Of a stretch of 64,000 nt of DNA, positions 45,220-53,311 are shown one piece after another. Made by a program: the position numbers and the translations under genes. How positions within the stretch are numbered: the first letter of the stretch is position 1; the number at the start of each line of letters is the position of its first letter. A model generated the notes under the pieces. That model saw nothing but the letters and a program-made list of their open reading frames with translations. It had not been told where the DNA came from and ran no database searches. This stretch comes from a virus. The DNA lies in the IMG/VR virus record IMGVR_UViG_3300026078_000023, positions 1-64,000 of that record, one strand, 5' to 3'.

Positions 45220-45797
45220 CGGAGCCCCAGCTTGCCGAAGTGCGCGAGCAAGAGCGCGTCGGCGCGGTCGATGAGCAGCGCGCCCTTCGGCCCGCGCAAC
45301 ATGCCGGCGGCCTTCGGATAGAGGCGCTGCGCGAACGGGATCACCGCCTCCTTCGTCTTTGGCTCTCCGTGCATCAGGACCGATTTCCAATGCGACGAAT
45401 GGACCGCCTGGTAGGTCGACGTTCGCTCGCCTTCGACGCTGCAGACGGCGAGCAGCATCTGCCACAGGCCCCAGCCCTCACCGGACGCGAACGCGTAGAC
45501 CGCGCCCTGTCTCACCATACCGCCGCGGATCGCCGGCATCGGTTGCACCTTCTCGATCGTGAAGTGGTCGACGCGCGCGTCGCGGACCATGCGCAGCATC
45601 TCGATCGGTAGGTACACCCGGTGCTGTTTCTTGTTCCCGGCCTTCGTCTTGGTGGTCTTCTCCACCCAGGCCGTCGGGACGTCGTGGAACTCGACGTCGC
45701 CGCTGGGCCTGATGACGGCGAGGCACCCGTCCTTCCCGGGGTCGATCCCCCCGAACGAGCGCTGGTCTTGGGCCCCCGGTGCGGTCTGATTTTCCAT
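45216..45797 (-). CDS. RuvC-like Holliday junction resolvase
   Basis: GGIDPGKDG, TIEKV, WK..L, DRADALLLA. Confidence 0.85.
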   Translation of the reverse strand: MENQTAPGAQDQRSFGGIDPGKDGCLAVIRPSGDVEFHDVPTAWVEKTTKTKAGNKKQHRVYLPIEMLRMVRDARVDHFTIEKVQPMPAIRGGMVRQGAVYAFASGEGWGLWQMLLAVCSVEGERTSTYQAVHSSHWKSVLMHGEPKTKEAVIPFAQRLYPKAAGMLRGPKGALLIDRADALLLAHFGKLGLR

Positions 45798-45815
45798 GCC
45801 CCGGATGTTGGCCGG
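45798..45815 (-). promoter_or_regulatory. CCGGCCAACA motif (leaderless)
   Basis: CCGGCCAACA-TCCGGGGC-ATG(45797). Confidence 0.7.
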
Positions 45816-45830
45816 GGACGGCCGCGGCTG

Positions 45831-46109
45831 CTACCAGCAGGAGGCGGTGACGATGCCGTTCGAGCCGGTGACCATGCGGAACCACACCTTCTGGTACCGA
45901 GACCCCGGGCGCGAGGTCGACTTGAAGTTCGCGCTGTCGAGTCGGCCGTGGTCGTTCTTGCCGTCGAAGGAGAACGCGATCACGACCGTCGCCGTGGGGG
46001 TGAACATCTCGAGGCCGTTCCGGGGGACATACCCGAAGTCCACCTCCGGGGTGGCCGCGTAGGTGGTCGTGGACGTGATCGCCGCGGTGGTGACGCTGGA
46101 GGCAGCCAT
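45831..46109 (-). CDS. small beta-rich protein, possibly virion
   Basis: 92 aa; TTGACT-18-TAGGCT-6-ATG. Confidence 0.65.
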   Translation of the reverse strand: MAASSVTTAAITSTTTYAATPEVDFGYVPRNGLEMFTPTATVVIAFSFDGKNDHGRLDSANFKSTSRPGSRYQKVWFRMVTGSNGIVTASCW

Positions 46110-46148
46110 GCGGACAGCCTACGCGCCAGCGCGCGCGGCAGTCAAAGC

Positions 46149-46523
46149 TCAGTCCCCGGCGATCACGTACTCGATGCGGCCGGCGCCCGCCAGGCTGACC
46201 GAGGTGAGCGGGTCGCCGGCGCCGGGGGCGTGCAGGACGAGCAGGTCCGAGAACGGGATCCGCTGGTTCGCCCCGCCCGTCGCGCTGCTGACCACCGCCA
46301 CCATGGCCTGCCCGTCGAGGGCCCGGACCGCCAGGAAGCGGATCGCCGTCACGGCCCCGGGGGACAGCTGGGTCGTCCCGGAGACCGAGAACGCGCCGCC
46401 GTCCTGGGCGGCGTAGTTCCGGCCGGACACGTCCAGCGCGACCGTTGCGTGAGCTCCACCTGACCCGGTGGGCGACGACGGGGACAGCGTGACCTCACCG
46501 GAGACGACGAGCTTGCTGGACAT
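46149..46523 (-). CDS. small beta-rich protein, possibly virion
   Basis: 124 aa; TCGACG-18-TAAGAT-6-ATG. Confidence 0.65.
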   Translation of the reverse strand: MSSKLVVSGEVTLSPSSPTGSGGAHATVALDVSGRNYAAQDGGAFSVSGTTQLSPGAVTAIRFLAVRALDGQAMVAVVSSATGGANQRIPFSDLLVLHAPGAGDPLTSVSLAGAGRIEYVIAGD

Positions 46524-46532
46524 CGGGCCATC

Positions 46533-46910
46533 TTAGCGGCGGCCGCGCGCCGGCGTCGACTCGCGCGCCGAGGCCCTGCGGTCGGCGAACACGGCCTGGA
46601 TCCCCTCCCCGGGTAGGCCGAGGTACCCGACCGGGGCCTGGAGGACCGTGGGTTCGCGGCAGACGAACCACCTGGCGTTGCCGCGGCACCTGCCCGGGCC
46701 CTGCCCGCCGGCCGGCCCCAGGAACTCGCCGTAGCTGCCGGGCGGGTCGATGCTCTCGTCCACCAGGTCGATCGGCCCCGTGCACCCTGGGCACAGGCTC
46801 TTGACGACGGTGGGGACGTCGTCGAATGGCGCCGCGTCGATGTCTACCGACGGCGGGGTCGGCACCAGCCGCCTGGCGACCGCGGGGACCGGTGGCGGCA
46901 GCTTGGCCAT
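46533..46910 (-). CDS. hypothetical protein
   Basis: 125 aa, CPGC. Confidence 0.5.
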   Translation of the reverse strand: MAKLPPPVPAVARRLVPTPPSVDIDAAPFDDVPTVVKSLCPGCTGPIDLVDESIDPPGSYGEFLGPAGGQGPGRCRGNARWFVCREPTVLQAPVGYLGLPGEGIQAVFADRRASARESTPARGRR

Positions 46911-46915
46911 TGACC

Positions 46916-47311
46916 TTAGGACCTGCTCTTGCGGCCCGGCGACGAGCCGTCCCCGCGCTCGCGGATCAGGCGCCGGCGGGTCTCGCTCGTCTCCCCGGGC
47001 GCCGACGAGGCCGCGGGCGCCGCCATGGCCCGCTCGATCTCGCGCGCTTCGACGAGCGCGAGGTCGCCCTGTCGCAGCAGTTCCGGCGCGAATTCCCTTA
47101 CTGCGTCGTTGAAAAGCCGGAGAGCCTGGCTTTTGTGGACTCCGACAGCTCCGACAGCTCCTCCTTGAATCTCGAGTAGAGTGTCGAGAGCTCTCCGGAG
47201 TCGACGCCAGTGACGACGGCTCTCCTGGTCCTCCCGGAGACGACGGTTTGCTTCTTCGACACGCGCTGCCCTACCCACCCCCGCACTGCCGTTGCGATGT
47301 TCATCGGACAT
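46916..47311 (-). CDS. hypothetical protein
   Basis: 131 aa; GGGGGA RBS. Confidence 0.45.
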   Translation of the reverse strand: MSDEHRNGSAGVGRAARVEEANRRLREDQESRRHWRRLRRALDTLLEIQGGAVGAVGVHKSQALRLFNDAVREFAPELLRQGDLALVEAREIERAMAAPAASSAPGETSETRRRLIRERGDGSSPGRKSRS

Positions 47312-47344
47312 GTCCCCCGTCCATGTTGATGGGTGAAACGTAGA

Positions 47345-47992
47345 TCACTTGCCAGACGCTCCGCCGGAATTCGTCTGTGGCTGTTGAGGCGCCGGTGTCG
47401 GTGGAACTGGCACCACCTCGGGCGGCTTCGGCGGCGGTGCCGGCGGCGCTTCCTGGTTCTTCGGCGGCAGCGGCGGCGGCTCGAGCGGGATCGGCTTGAT
47501 GATCGCCGCCGGCCGCTTCACGCGCGCCGCGAGCTCGGCGGCGTTCTTCGCGGCATTCTCCTTGACCGCCTTCACCAGCCCCGGGTCGATGCGCCGCCGA
47601 GCTGGGCGACCCTCCACGACGAAGTCCTGGGCGACGATCACCGCGCTCTGCGCCTTCTGGGTCTTCTCGATGGCGGCCAGGCGATCGTCCATCGCCTTGA
47701 TGACCGGGCCCATCTTGTTCACGTCCTCGGCCAGGCTCATCCACCGCAGCCTGACCGCGCTCTCCGTCTCCTTCGTGACCTCGGCCGCCTTCTCGTCGAC
47801 CTTGGCCGTCGTCTTGAGGTGCGCGAAGGCCCCGCCCGCGAGCAACGTCAGCAGCGGCCACAGGCCGCGCTCGAGGAAGAGGTGGAACCCCTTGCTTTCG
47901 CGCAGCTGCGCCAGCCAGCCGTCGGAGCCGTCGTCCTCGACTGCGCGCGCCCGCATGGGGGACGGCGGGGTCTGGCGATCGTCGGTGTTCAC
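47345..47992 (-). CDS. membrane-anchored coiled-coil protein with a Pro-rich tail
   Basis: TM LWPLLTLLAGGAFA then coiled coil. Confidence 0.65.
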   Translation of the reverse strand: MNTDDRQTPPSPMRARAVEDDGSDGWLAQLRESKGFHLFLERGLWPLLTLLAGGAFAHLKTTAKVDEKAAEVTKETESAVRLRWMSLAEDVNKMGPVIKAMDDRLAAIEKTQKAQSAVIVAQDFVVEGRPARRRIDPGLVKAVKENAAKNAAELAARVKRPAAIIKPIPLEPPPLPPKNQEAPPAPPPKPPEVVPVPPTPAPQQPQTNSGGASGK

Positions 47993-48450
47993 GTGCTACC
48001 GGCGACGGGCGCCACGGGGACCGCGTTGGCAGCAGCCACGCGCGCCAGCTTCATCTGGTCGTAGGCCGATTCGATCTTGGCCAGCAGGTCAGACGTCACC
48101 GCCGCCGCGGTCATCGCCTTGAGCTTCTGCATGTCGTCGACGTCCTTGGCGGCGACCTGCCGGAGCTTCGCCAGGGCCGTGCTGCGCAGGGCCTCCTGGT
48201 CGGCGGAGTCGATCTTCCCGTCGCCGGCCCTGGCGGCGAGCTCCTTGTAGGTCGTCGCGGCCACCTCGCGGACGATCTCGGCGGCCGAGTCGGTCACGCG
48301 GTCGAGCACGCCCCGGAGCTGCTCGTTCTTCGTCTTCGCGGCGACCAGCTTCTTCACCTCGAGCACGATGAGCGGCATCAGGATGCCCATGACCGCGCCG
48401 AGCGCCGGGATGACCACCTCGACGATGAACTTCAAGACGGCCTGGTTCAT
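47989..48450 (-). CDS. holin-like membrane protein
   Basis: N-terminal TM then amphipathic helices (LL-H holin-like layout). Confidence 0.55.
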   Translation of the reverse strand: MNQAVLKFIVEVVIPALGAVMGILMPLIVLEVKKLVAAKTKNEQLRGVLDRVTDSAAEIVREVAATTYKELAARAGDGKIDSADQEALRSTALAKLRQVAAKDVDDMQKLKAMTAAAVTSDLLAKIESAYDQMKLARVAAANAVPVAPVAGST

Positions 48451-48497
48451 TCGCCCGATGATGGAGCACGCGGCCTGCGCCGCGCAAATTTCGCCGA

Positions 48498-48758
48498 CTA
48501 CTGCTGGCAGGCGTCCCACTGCGCGCAAGTCCGCGCCGCGGTGAGGCATCCGACGGGGTAAGTGAACACGCCGGAGGCGACCACGTTCTCGCACGCCTGG
48601 TCGCAGAGCGGGCCGACGTCCGGGCAGTGCATCGACTGGGCGTTCTGGCACGCGGTCGCGCACGTGGCGCCCTCGACGGGCGGGGGGAGCGGAGTCGGCG
48701 GCGGGACGACGGTGGCGCAGCCGGCGGCGAGGAAGACGAGGACGAGTAGCTTCGGCAT
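48498..48758 (-). CDS. Cys-rich lipoprotein
   Basis: MPKLLVLVFLAAGC lipobox, Pro linker, 8 further Cys. Confidence 0.65.
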   Translation of the reverse strand: MPKLLVLVFLAAGCATVVPPPTPLPPPVEGATCATACQNAQSMHCPDVGPLCDQACENVVASGVFTYPVGCLTAARTCAQWDACQQ

Positions 48759-49568
48759 CTAGAACCCCCTGTAACGCGGGACGCTGTACGCGACCCACAG
48801 GTCATCGGTCCGGTCGTCCTCGACGTAGTCCCAGCTCATGTCGAAGTACCCGCCCTGGAACACGCCGGGGCCCCAGGACGTCAGGGTCCGGACGGCCTCC
48901 GGGCTGTGCCCGCACCAGACCATGGCGTGGCCGCCGGCGATCTTGTCGGACGGTCCGGGCGGCTCGGCGATCCCGGACTTCCCCAGCTCGCCACCGCAGA
49001 ACGCCTCCGACACGTCGGTCCCGAACACCACCAGGTGGCCGGCGCCGAGGGAGCGCTTGACGTCGTCGACGCGCTGGCCGCCGGTGCTCAAGATCCGACG
49101 GTAGTCGACCTCCGGCCGCGGCCCATCGGCCACGCTCTGGGGGAAGGCCGCCTCCATGACCTGCAGCGGCGGGCGGCGCCTCCACCGGTCGTCGTCCGTC
49201 GTGTACGGCCACGCCGTCTCGGGGGCGAACCCGAACGTGTTCATCCCCTGGAACGCCAGGTGAATGAAGGCGCCGGCGTCCTCGTCCTGCTCGCCGGCGA
49301 TGGCGCGGGCGAGCCAGTAGATCGCCCACCGCGACGGCAGCGGCGTCGAGGCCGGCGCGCCGGCGACGAGCTGGCCGCCGCGGATCAGGTTGGCGGAGGA
49401 GTTGCCGACGCAGGACGAGTAGGGGCCCTGGTCGACGACCTCGGTCAGGGAAACCAGGGTGGACCGCTCGGGGACCTCCCCGCCGTTGAGCCTGTGCGCG
49501 GCGAAGGGCCGCGTCCTGTCCCCGCCGTTCGGCGGGCGCTTGTACCCGGTCTGTCGGATCGTCGTCAC
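48759..49568 (-). CDS. papain-like (C1A) cysteine protease
   Basis: VVDQGPYSSCVGN, ETAWPY, GGHAMV, TSWG...GGYF. Confidence 0.85.
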   Translation of the reverse strand: MTTIRQTGYKRPPNGGDRTRPFAAHRLNGGEVPERSTLVSLTEVVDQGPYSSCVGNSSANLIRGGQLVAGAPASTPLPSRWAIYWLARAIAGEQDEDAGAFIHLAFQGMNTFGFAPETAWPYTTDDDRWRRRPPLQVMEAAFPQSVADGPRPEVDYRRILSTGGQRVDDVKRSLGAGHLVVFGTDVSEAFCGGELGKSGIAEPPGPSDKIAGGHAMVWCGHSPEAVRTLTSWGPGVFQGGYFDMSWDYVEDDRTDDLWVAYSVPRYRGF

Positions 49569-49897
49569 GCGGACCCCCTCGCTGCCACGACCAGCTCGGC
49601 CGCGACGGTTGGTTCGATCTCGAATCGGAGCGCGGTCATCGCGACGGCCTCCGCCGCGTGCATGCGGGCGTGGGTCGCGACGGAGGCGCGCGCTGATGCC
49701 TCCCCGGCGGCCTCGGCGATCCGCCGCTGGACGAGGATCCGATTGGCCCCGCCGAGGAACACGTCGAACCCGAGCTCGACCAGGAGCTGGGCGCCGGCGG
49801 CCGTGAGCGACACGGCGGGGATCCCGAGGTGCTTGGCCACCTCGAGCGCGTCCTCGATCACCTTCTGGACGACGCGTGGGTCAGCCACCGGGGGCAC
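49565..49897 (-). CDS. hypothetical protein
   Basis: 110 aa, GTGA-coupled. Confidence 0.55.
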   Translation of the reverse strand: MPPVADPRVVQKVIEDALEVAKHLGIPAVSLTAAGAQLLVELGFDVFLGGANRILVQRRIAEAAGEASARASVATHARMHAAEAVAMTALRFEIEPTVAAELVVAARGSA

Positions 49898-50052
49898 CGG
49901 TGGTCTTCCAGATCACGAATCCCGTCCCGATGACGAACGCCACGAACGCGACCAACAGGACCACCTCGAACATGACCTGCGCGCGCGGGCTGACCCCGCA
50001 CTCGTGGTCAGGGGGGGACGAGACGTCGTAGTCGCGGTCGACGGGCACCTGG

Positions 50053-50526
50053 TCAGGCCCCGAAGACGAGCGGCTCGGGGACCACGAACCCGCCTGACGG
50101 TGCGGCCCCGGCCCTGCCCCCGGGCGTGGCGCGCCTGACGCCGTACGGTCCCAAGATCGCGAGGGCGTCGTTGTAGAGCCCCTTGAAGTCGCCGAACGCC
50201 AGGTCGACCTGGGCCCGCGTCAGCTCGGTGATCCCGTCGCACGTCCGGACGGCAGCGTCGATCGCCACCTTCGTCTTGGCGAACAGGGCGTCCAGGTCCT
50301 TTCGCTTGGCGGGGTCCAGGTTGATGGTCTGAGAGACCGACTCGAGCACGCCGACCACGAGGAGCGCGTCCTGGGCGTACTTCTGGACGTCGACCTTCGC
50401 GATGACGTCGGTCACCGGCTTGACAGTCGCGCAGCCGGGACTCGAGACGATCGAGGCGGTGCCGGCGACGGCGGCCATGGTGCCGATGATTGCGGCGGCG
50501 ATGACGGGGAAGCGCGGTGGTCTCAT
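50053..50526 (-). CDS. secreted or lipoprotein-like helical protein
   Basis: Signal-like N-terminus, SPGC; TTGACA-18-CAGCAT-7-ATG. Confidence 0.65.
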   Translation of the reverse strand: MRPPRFPVIAAAIIGTMAAVAGTASIVSSPGCATVKPVTDVIAKVDVQKYAQDALLVVGVLESVSQTINLDPAKRKDLDALFAKTKVAIDAAVRTCDGITELTRAQVDLAFGDFKGLYNDALAILGPYGVRRATPGGRAGAAPSGGFVVPEPLVFGA

Positions 50527-50578
50527 GCCGACGATGCTGCGCCGGCCGAGGCGCAGCTGTCAACGTCCGGCCGCGGCG

Positions 50579-51055
50579 CTACTCGTCGCCGGCCGGCTTG
50601 GAGTCGGACTTGCGGGCCTCGAGCACCTCGTCGATCGGGGGCAGTTCCTGCTGCTCGGAGGCCTTGGACGCGGCCACCTCGGCGGCTCGAGCGGCGGCTT
50701 GCTCGGCGTCCCTGGCGGCGGCGGCGATCTCGGCGTCGCGGGCGGCGACGGCGGCCGCGCGGGCGACGTCACCGGGGTGGTTGACGAGCTCGACGATCTC
50801 CCACTCCTTGGACTCGAACTCCGGCGCGGTGGCGTGCCAGTCGTGGAGCCGGTGGCCGGTGTCCGTGAAGACGCCGATCGTGTCGGCCCCGGCGGCGCCG
50901 GCGATCCCGACGTACCCCATTGCGATCGGGCCCGAGTACTGGCCGGCGGGCGTCTGCACGTTCGGGGCGGTCCAGTTGGCGTGCCGGGCGAACTTCCCGT
51001 TCTTGATTGCCTCCTGGACCTGCTTCCAGCCCTTGCCCTTCGCGATCGTCTTCAT
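50579..51055 (-). CDS. hypothetical protein
   Basis: 158 aa; TACACT-8-ATG. Confidence 0.65.
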   Translation of the reverse strand: MKTIAKGKGWKQVQEAIKNGKFARHANWTAPNVQTPAGQYSGPIAMGYVGIAGAAGADTIGVFTDTGHRLHDWHATAPEFESKEWEIVELVNHPGDVARAAAVAARDAEIAAAARDAEQAAARAAEVAASKASEQQELPPIDEVLEARKSDSKPAGDE

Positions 51056-51094
51056 GGCAACGGAGTGTAGTACAGGACCGGGCCCGCCGGATAT

Positions 51095-51763
51095 TCAGGC
51101 GAACGCCCGGCCGCCGCCCGCGGCCGGATCGTGGTCCTCGCGCCAGGAGCGCGACACGCGCCCCTCGAGACCCCCGTTGCCCACCGCGCTCGCGGCGCCG
51201 ACGTGCTGCACGAGGGAGGGCACCACGATCGCGTAGGACAGGCCCAGCGTCGCGCCCAGCAGGGCGAGCTGGTTGTCCGAGCCAACCCGGTCGAATGACG
51301 TGCAGCCCATGTAGCGCATGAGCCCGCACGTCCGCAGCGGGAACTTGATGGCCTGCGCGTAGACGAAGCCCTCCGGCCGCCGCGAGACCCACAGGCCGTG
51401 GGGCATCTCCCACGTGCTGCCGATGTCAAAGAGGCTCACCCAGGCGACGTCATGCGGGACCTGCAGTATCTCCGCGCAGCGCGCACCGTTGCGGCACCAG
51501 CGCACGTCGTCCTCGACGGCGATCAGATCTTCGCCGGCCTCGTAGGCGAGGCTGGCGGCGCGCCAGAGCGTCCACCGGTTGTCCGGCGTGGCGGTGGCCG
51601 GCCGCTCGAAGGCGTCGAGGGTCCAGCCCTTGGGCAGCTCGCCAACGGGGGACAGCGAGTCGCTCACGACCACGCGGCGGCCCTCGGCCGAGGCGTCCGT
51701 CGAGGCGAGCGTGGCTGCGAGGTACGAGGCTCCCGGGCGCGGGTGGGTGAGGACGGCGATCAC
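51095..51763 (-). CDS. GT-A fold glycosyltransferase
   Basis: IAVLTHPR...YL..TL.S, IAVEDDV, PSLVQHVG..S. Confidence 0.7.
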   Translation of the reverse strand: MIAVLTHPRPGASYLAATLASTDASAEGRRVVVSDSLSPVGELPKGWTLDAFERPATATPDNRWTLWRAASLAYEAGEDLIAVEDDVRWCRNGARCAEILQVPHDVAWVSLFDIGSTWEMPHGLWVSRRPEGFVYAQAIKFPLRTCGLMRYMGCTSFDRVGSDNQLALLGATLGLSYAIVVPSLVQHVGAASAVGNGGLEGRVSRSWREDHDPAAGGGRAFA

Positions 51764-53304
51764 TCCTGGAACCTCCCCGTGATGTACAGGCCGATGGCGC
51801 CGCTGTTGATCGTTCCGGAGGCGACGGAGATGCGGATCCCCACGATGTCGCCCGCGGAAAAGACTTGCGTCGACGTGGCAGTACCCCCCGCGGTCGAGCC
51901 GGCGAAGAACGTCCCCAGGGTAATGACGGGCGTTCCGTTGAGGACGACTTGGACGCTGTACGTGGGCGAGCCGGTGCCCGCCAGCGTGTTCAGCATGATG
52001 TCGAACGCCCAGTCCTGCGCGGTGCTGTCGTTGGGGACGCGGAAACCGAAGAACGACGTCGCAAACTCAGTGATGTAACCGACGCCGATGTAGAACGACG
52101 AGCTCGCAAGCGTGGTTCCGGGGAAGCCGCTGCGGCAGCCCCAGGTCAGGCTGTACTGCTTCCCCACCTTGAAGGTCGACGCCGAGAATTTCGCCGGCCC
52201 GGAGACGGTCAACTCCTGTATGGTCCCCGGACCGAGACTTCCGCTACCGAGCAGGACGTTCGCCGAGCTGGTCGTTTGGATCTTGGTGTAACTGACGGTG
52301 TTGTTGCCATACGCCCCCGTGGCCAATTGGCCGAACCCGAGGAAGCCACCGCTCTCGCGCAGCGCGAAACTTGTGCTCGAGCTCGTCGCGATGTCCGCCC
52401 TCGCGCCCGTTGAGCCGCCTGCCACGCCGAGCACGGAGAGGGCGGACCCGTTGGCGACGGCCACCGTGGGGTTCGCGGCGGTGCCACCGATGGTGATCTG
52501 AGAGCCCCCCGTCACCGACAGGACGCCGGTGTTGTTCACGACGGGGTTGGTCCCCGTGCCCGTGATCGAGATGCCGGTACCGGCCGTCACCGACGCCACG
52601 CCGGCCCCGGAGGTGAAGTCGACGAAGGCCGCGGTCCCGTTGTCGACGAGGGTGAACTTGTTCGAGAACTGCAGGTTCGTGTGGTGGGTGATCGGCGTCC
52701 CGGACGAGTCCCTGGTGTTGACCACGCCGCCGTTGATCACGACGGGCGACGCCGGGGATCCGGTGATCGAGATGCCGGACCCGGCGTTGACCAGCAGGAC
52801 GCCGGTGTTGTTGACGACCGGGTTGGTCCCCGTGCCCGTGATGCTGATGCCGGTACCGGCCGTCACCGACGCCACGCCTGTCGTCCCTGGGACTGCCGGG
52901 TAGTTCACCATCACCCAGGCCCCGGACGCCCCCAGCGAGGTGTCGTACCGGAACGTGTAGATCGTGTTCGCGGTCGTGGTGACGTTGGCGCCGCCGATGA
53001 GGAGCATCGGCCGCTCGCTGCCCGACGGGGCTGAGTTGTGGGTGAGGACCTTCGGGGCCTCGGTCAGGAAGTCGACGTGCTGACCGTCCGAGACGCCGCC
53101 GGCGTCGATCCGGAAGATCGTCGTCAGGCCGGCGCCCGTGATGTGGAAGTAGTCGCCCGGGTAGGACGGGATCAGCGCCGCCGACGCGGCGATGTCCGGG
53201 CCGCGCCGGAACTCGCCCTGGATGGTGAAGTCGGTCAAGGACTGCGACTTGGCGGTGTTGTTCTCGCCGTGCAGCCGGAGTCCCTGTGTCGTGATGAATC
53301 CCAT
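51760..53304 (-). CDS. tail fibre / receptor-binding protein 2
   Basis: G/T/S-rich with VxSVTAGTGISITGTxxNPVVNN repeats. Confidence 0.75.
   Translation of the reverse strand: MGFITTQGLRLHGENNTAKSQSLTDFTIQGEFRRGPDIAASAALIPSYPGDYFHITGAGLTTIFRIDAGGVSDGQHVDFLTEAPKVLTHNSAPSGSERPMLLIGGANVTTTANTIYTFRYDTSLGASGAWVMVNYPAVPGTTGVASVTAGTGISITGTGTNPVVNNTGVLLVNAGSGISITGSPASPVVINGGVVNTRDSSGTPITHHTNLQFSNKFTLVDNGTAAFVDFTSGAGVASVTAGTGISITGTGTNPVVNNTGVLSVTGGSQITIGGTAANPTVAVANGSALSVLGVAGGSTGARADIATSSSTSFALRESGGFLGFGQLATGAYGNNTVSYTKIQTTSSANVLLGSGSLGPGTIQELTVSGPAKFSASTFKVGKQYSLTWGCRSGFPGTTLASSSFYIGVGYITEFATSFFGFRVPNDSTAQDWAFDIMLNTLAGTGSPTYSVQVVLNGTPVITLGTFFAGSTAGGTATSTQVFSAGDIVGIRISVASGTINSGAIGLYITGRFQE
52519..52878. 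repeat. 84-bp near-identical direct repeat (52519-52602, 52795-52878); diverged third copy at 54779-54862
   Basis: Both copies encode GVASVTAGTGISITGTGTNPVVNNTGVL with only synonymous differences. Confidence 0.85.
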
Positions 53305-53311
53305 CGTCTAC

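Noticed and set aside
4421-45815. CCGGCCAACA repeats as CRISPR repeats or recombination sites
   Set aside because: Dispersed, short, strand-biased and at fixed distance from start codons, which fits promoters
52519-52878. Tail-fibre repeats as a DGR TR/VR pair
   Set aside because: Differences are synonymous and not adenine-specific; no reverse transcriptase in the window
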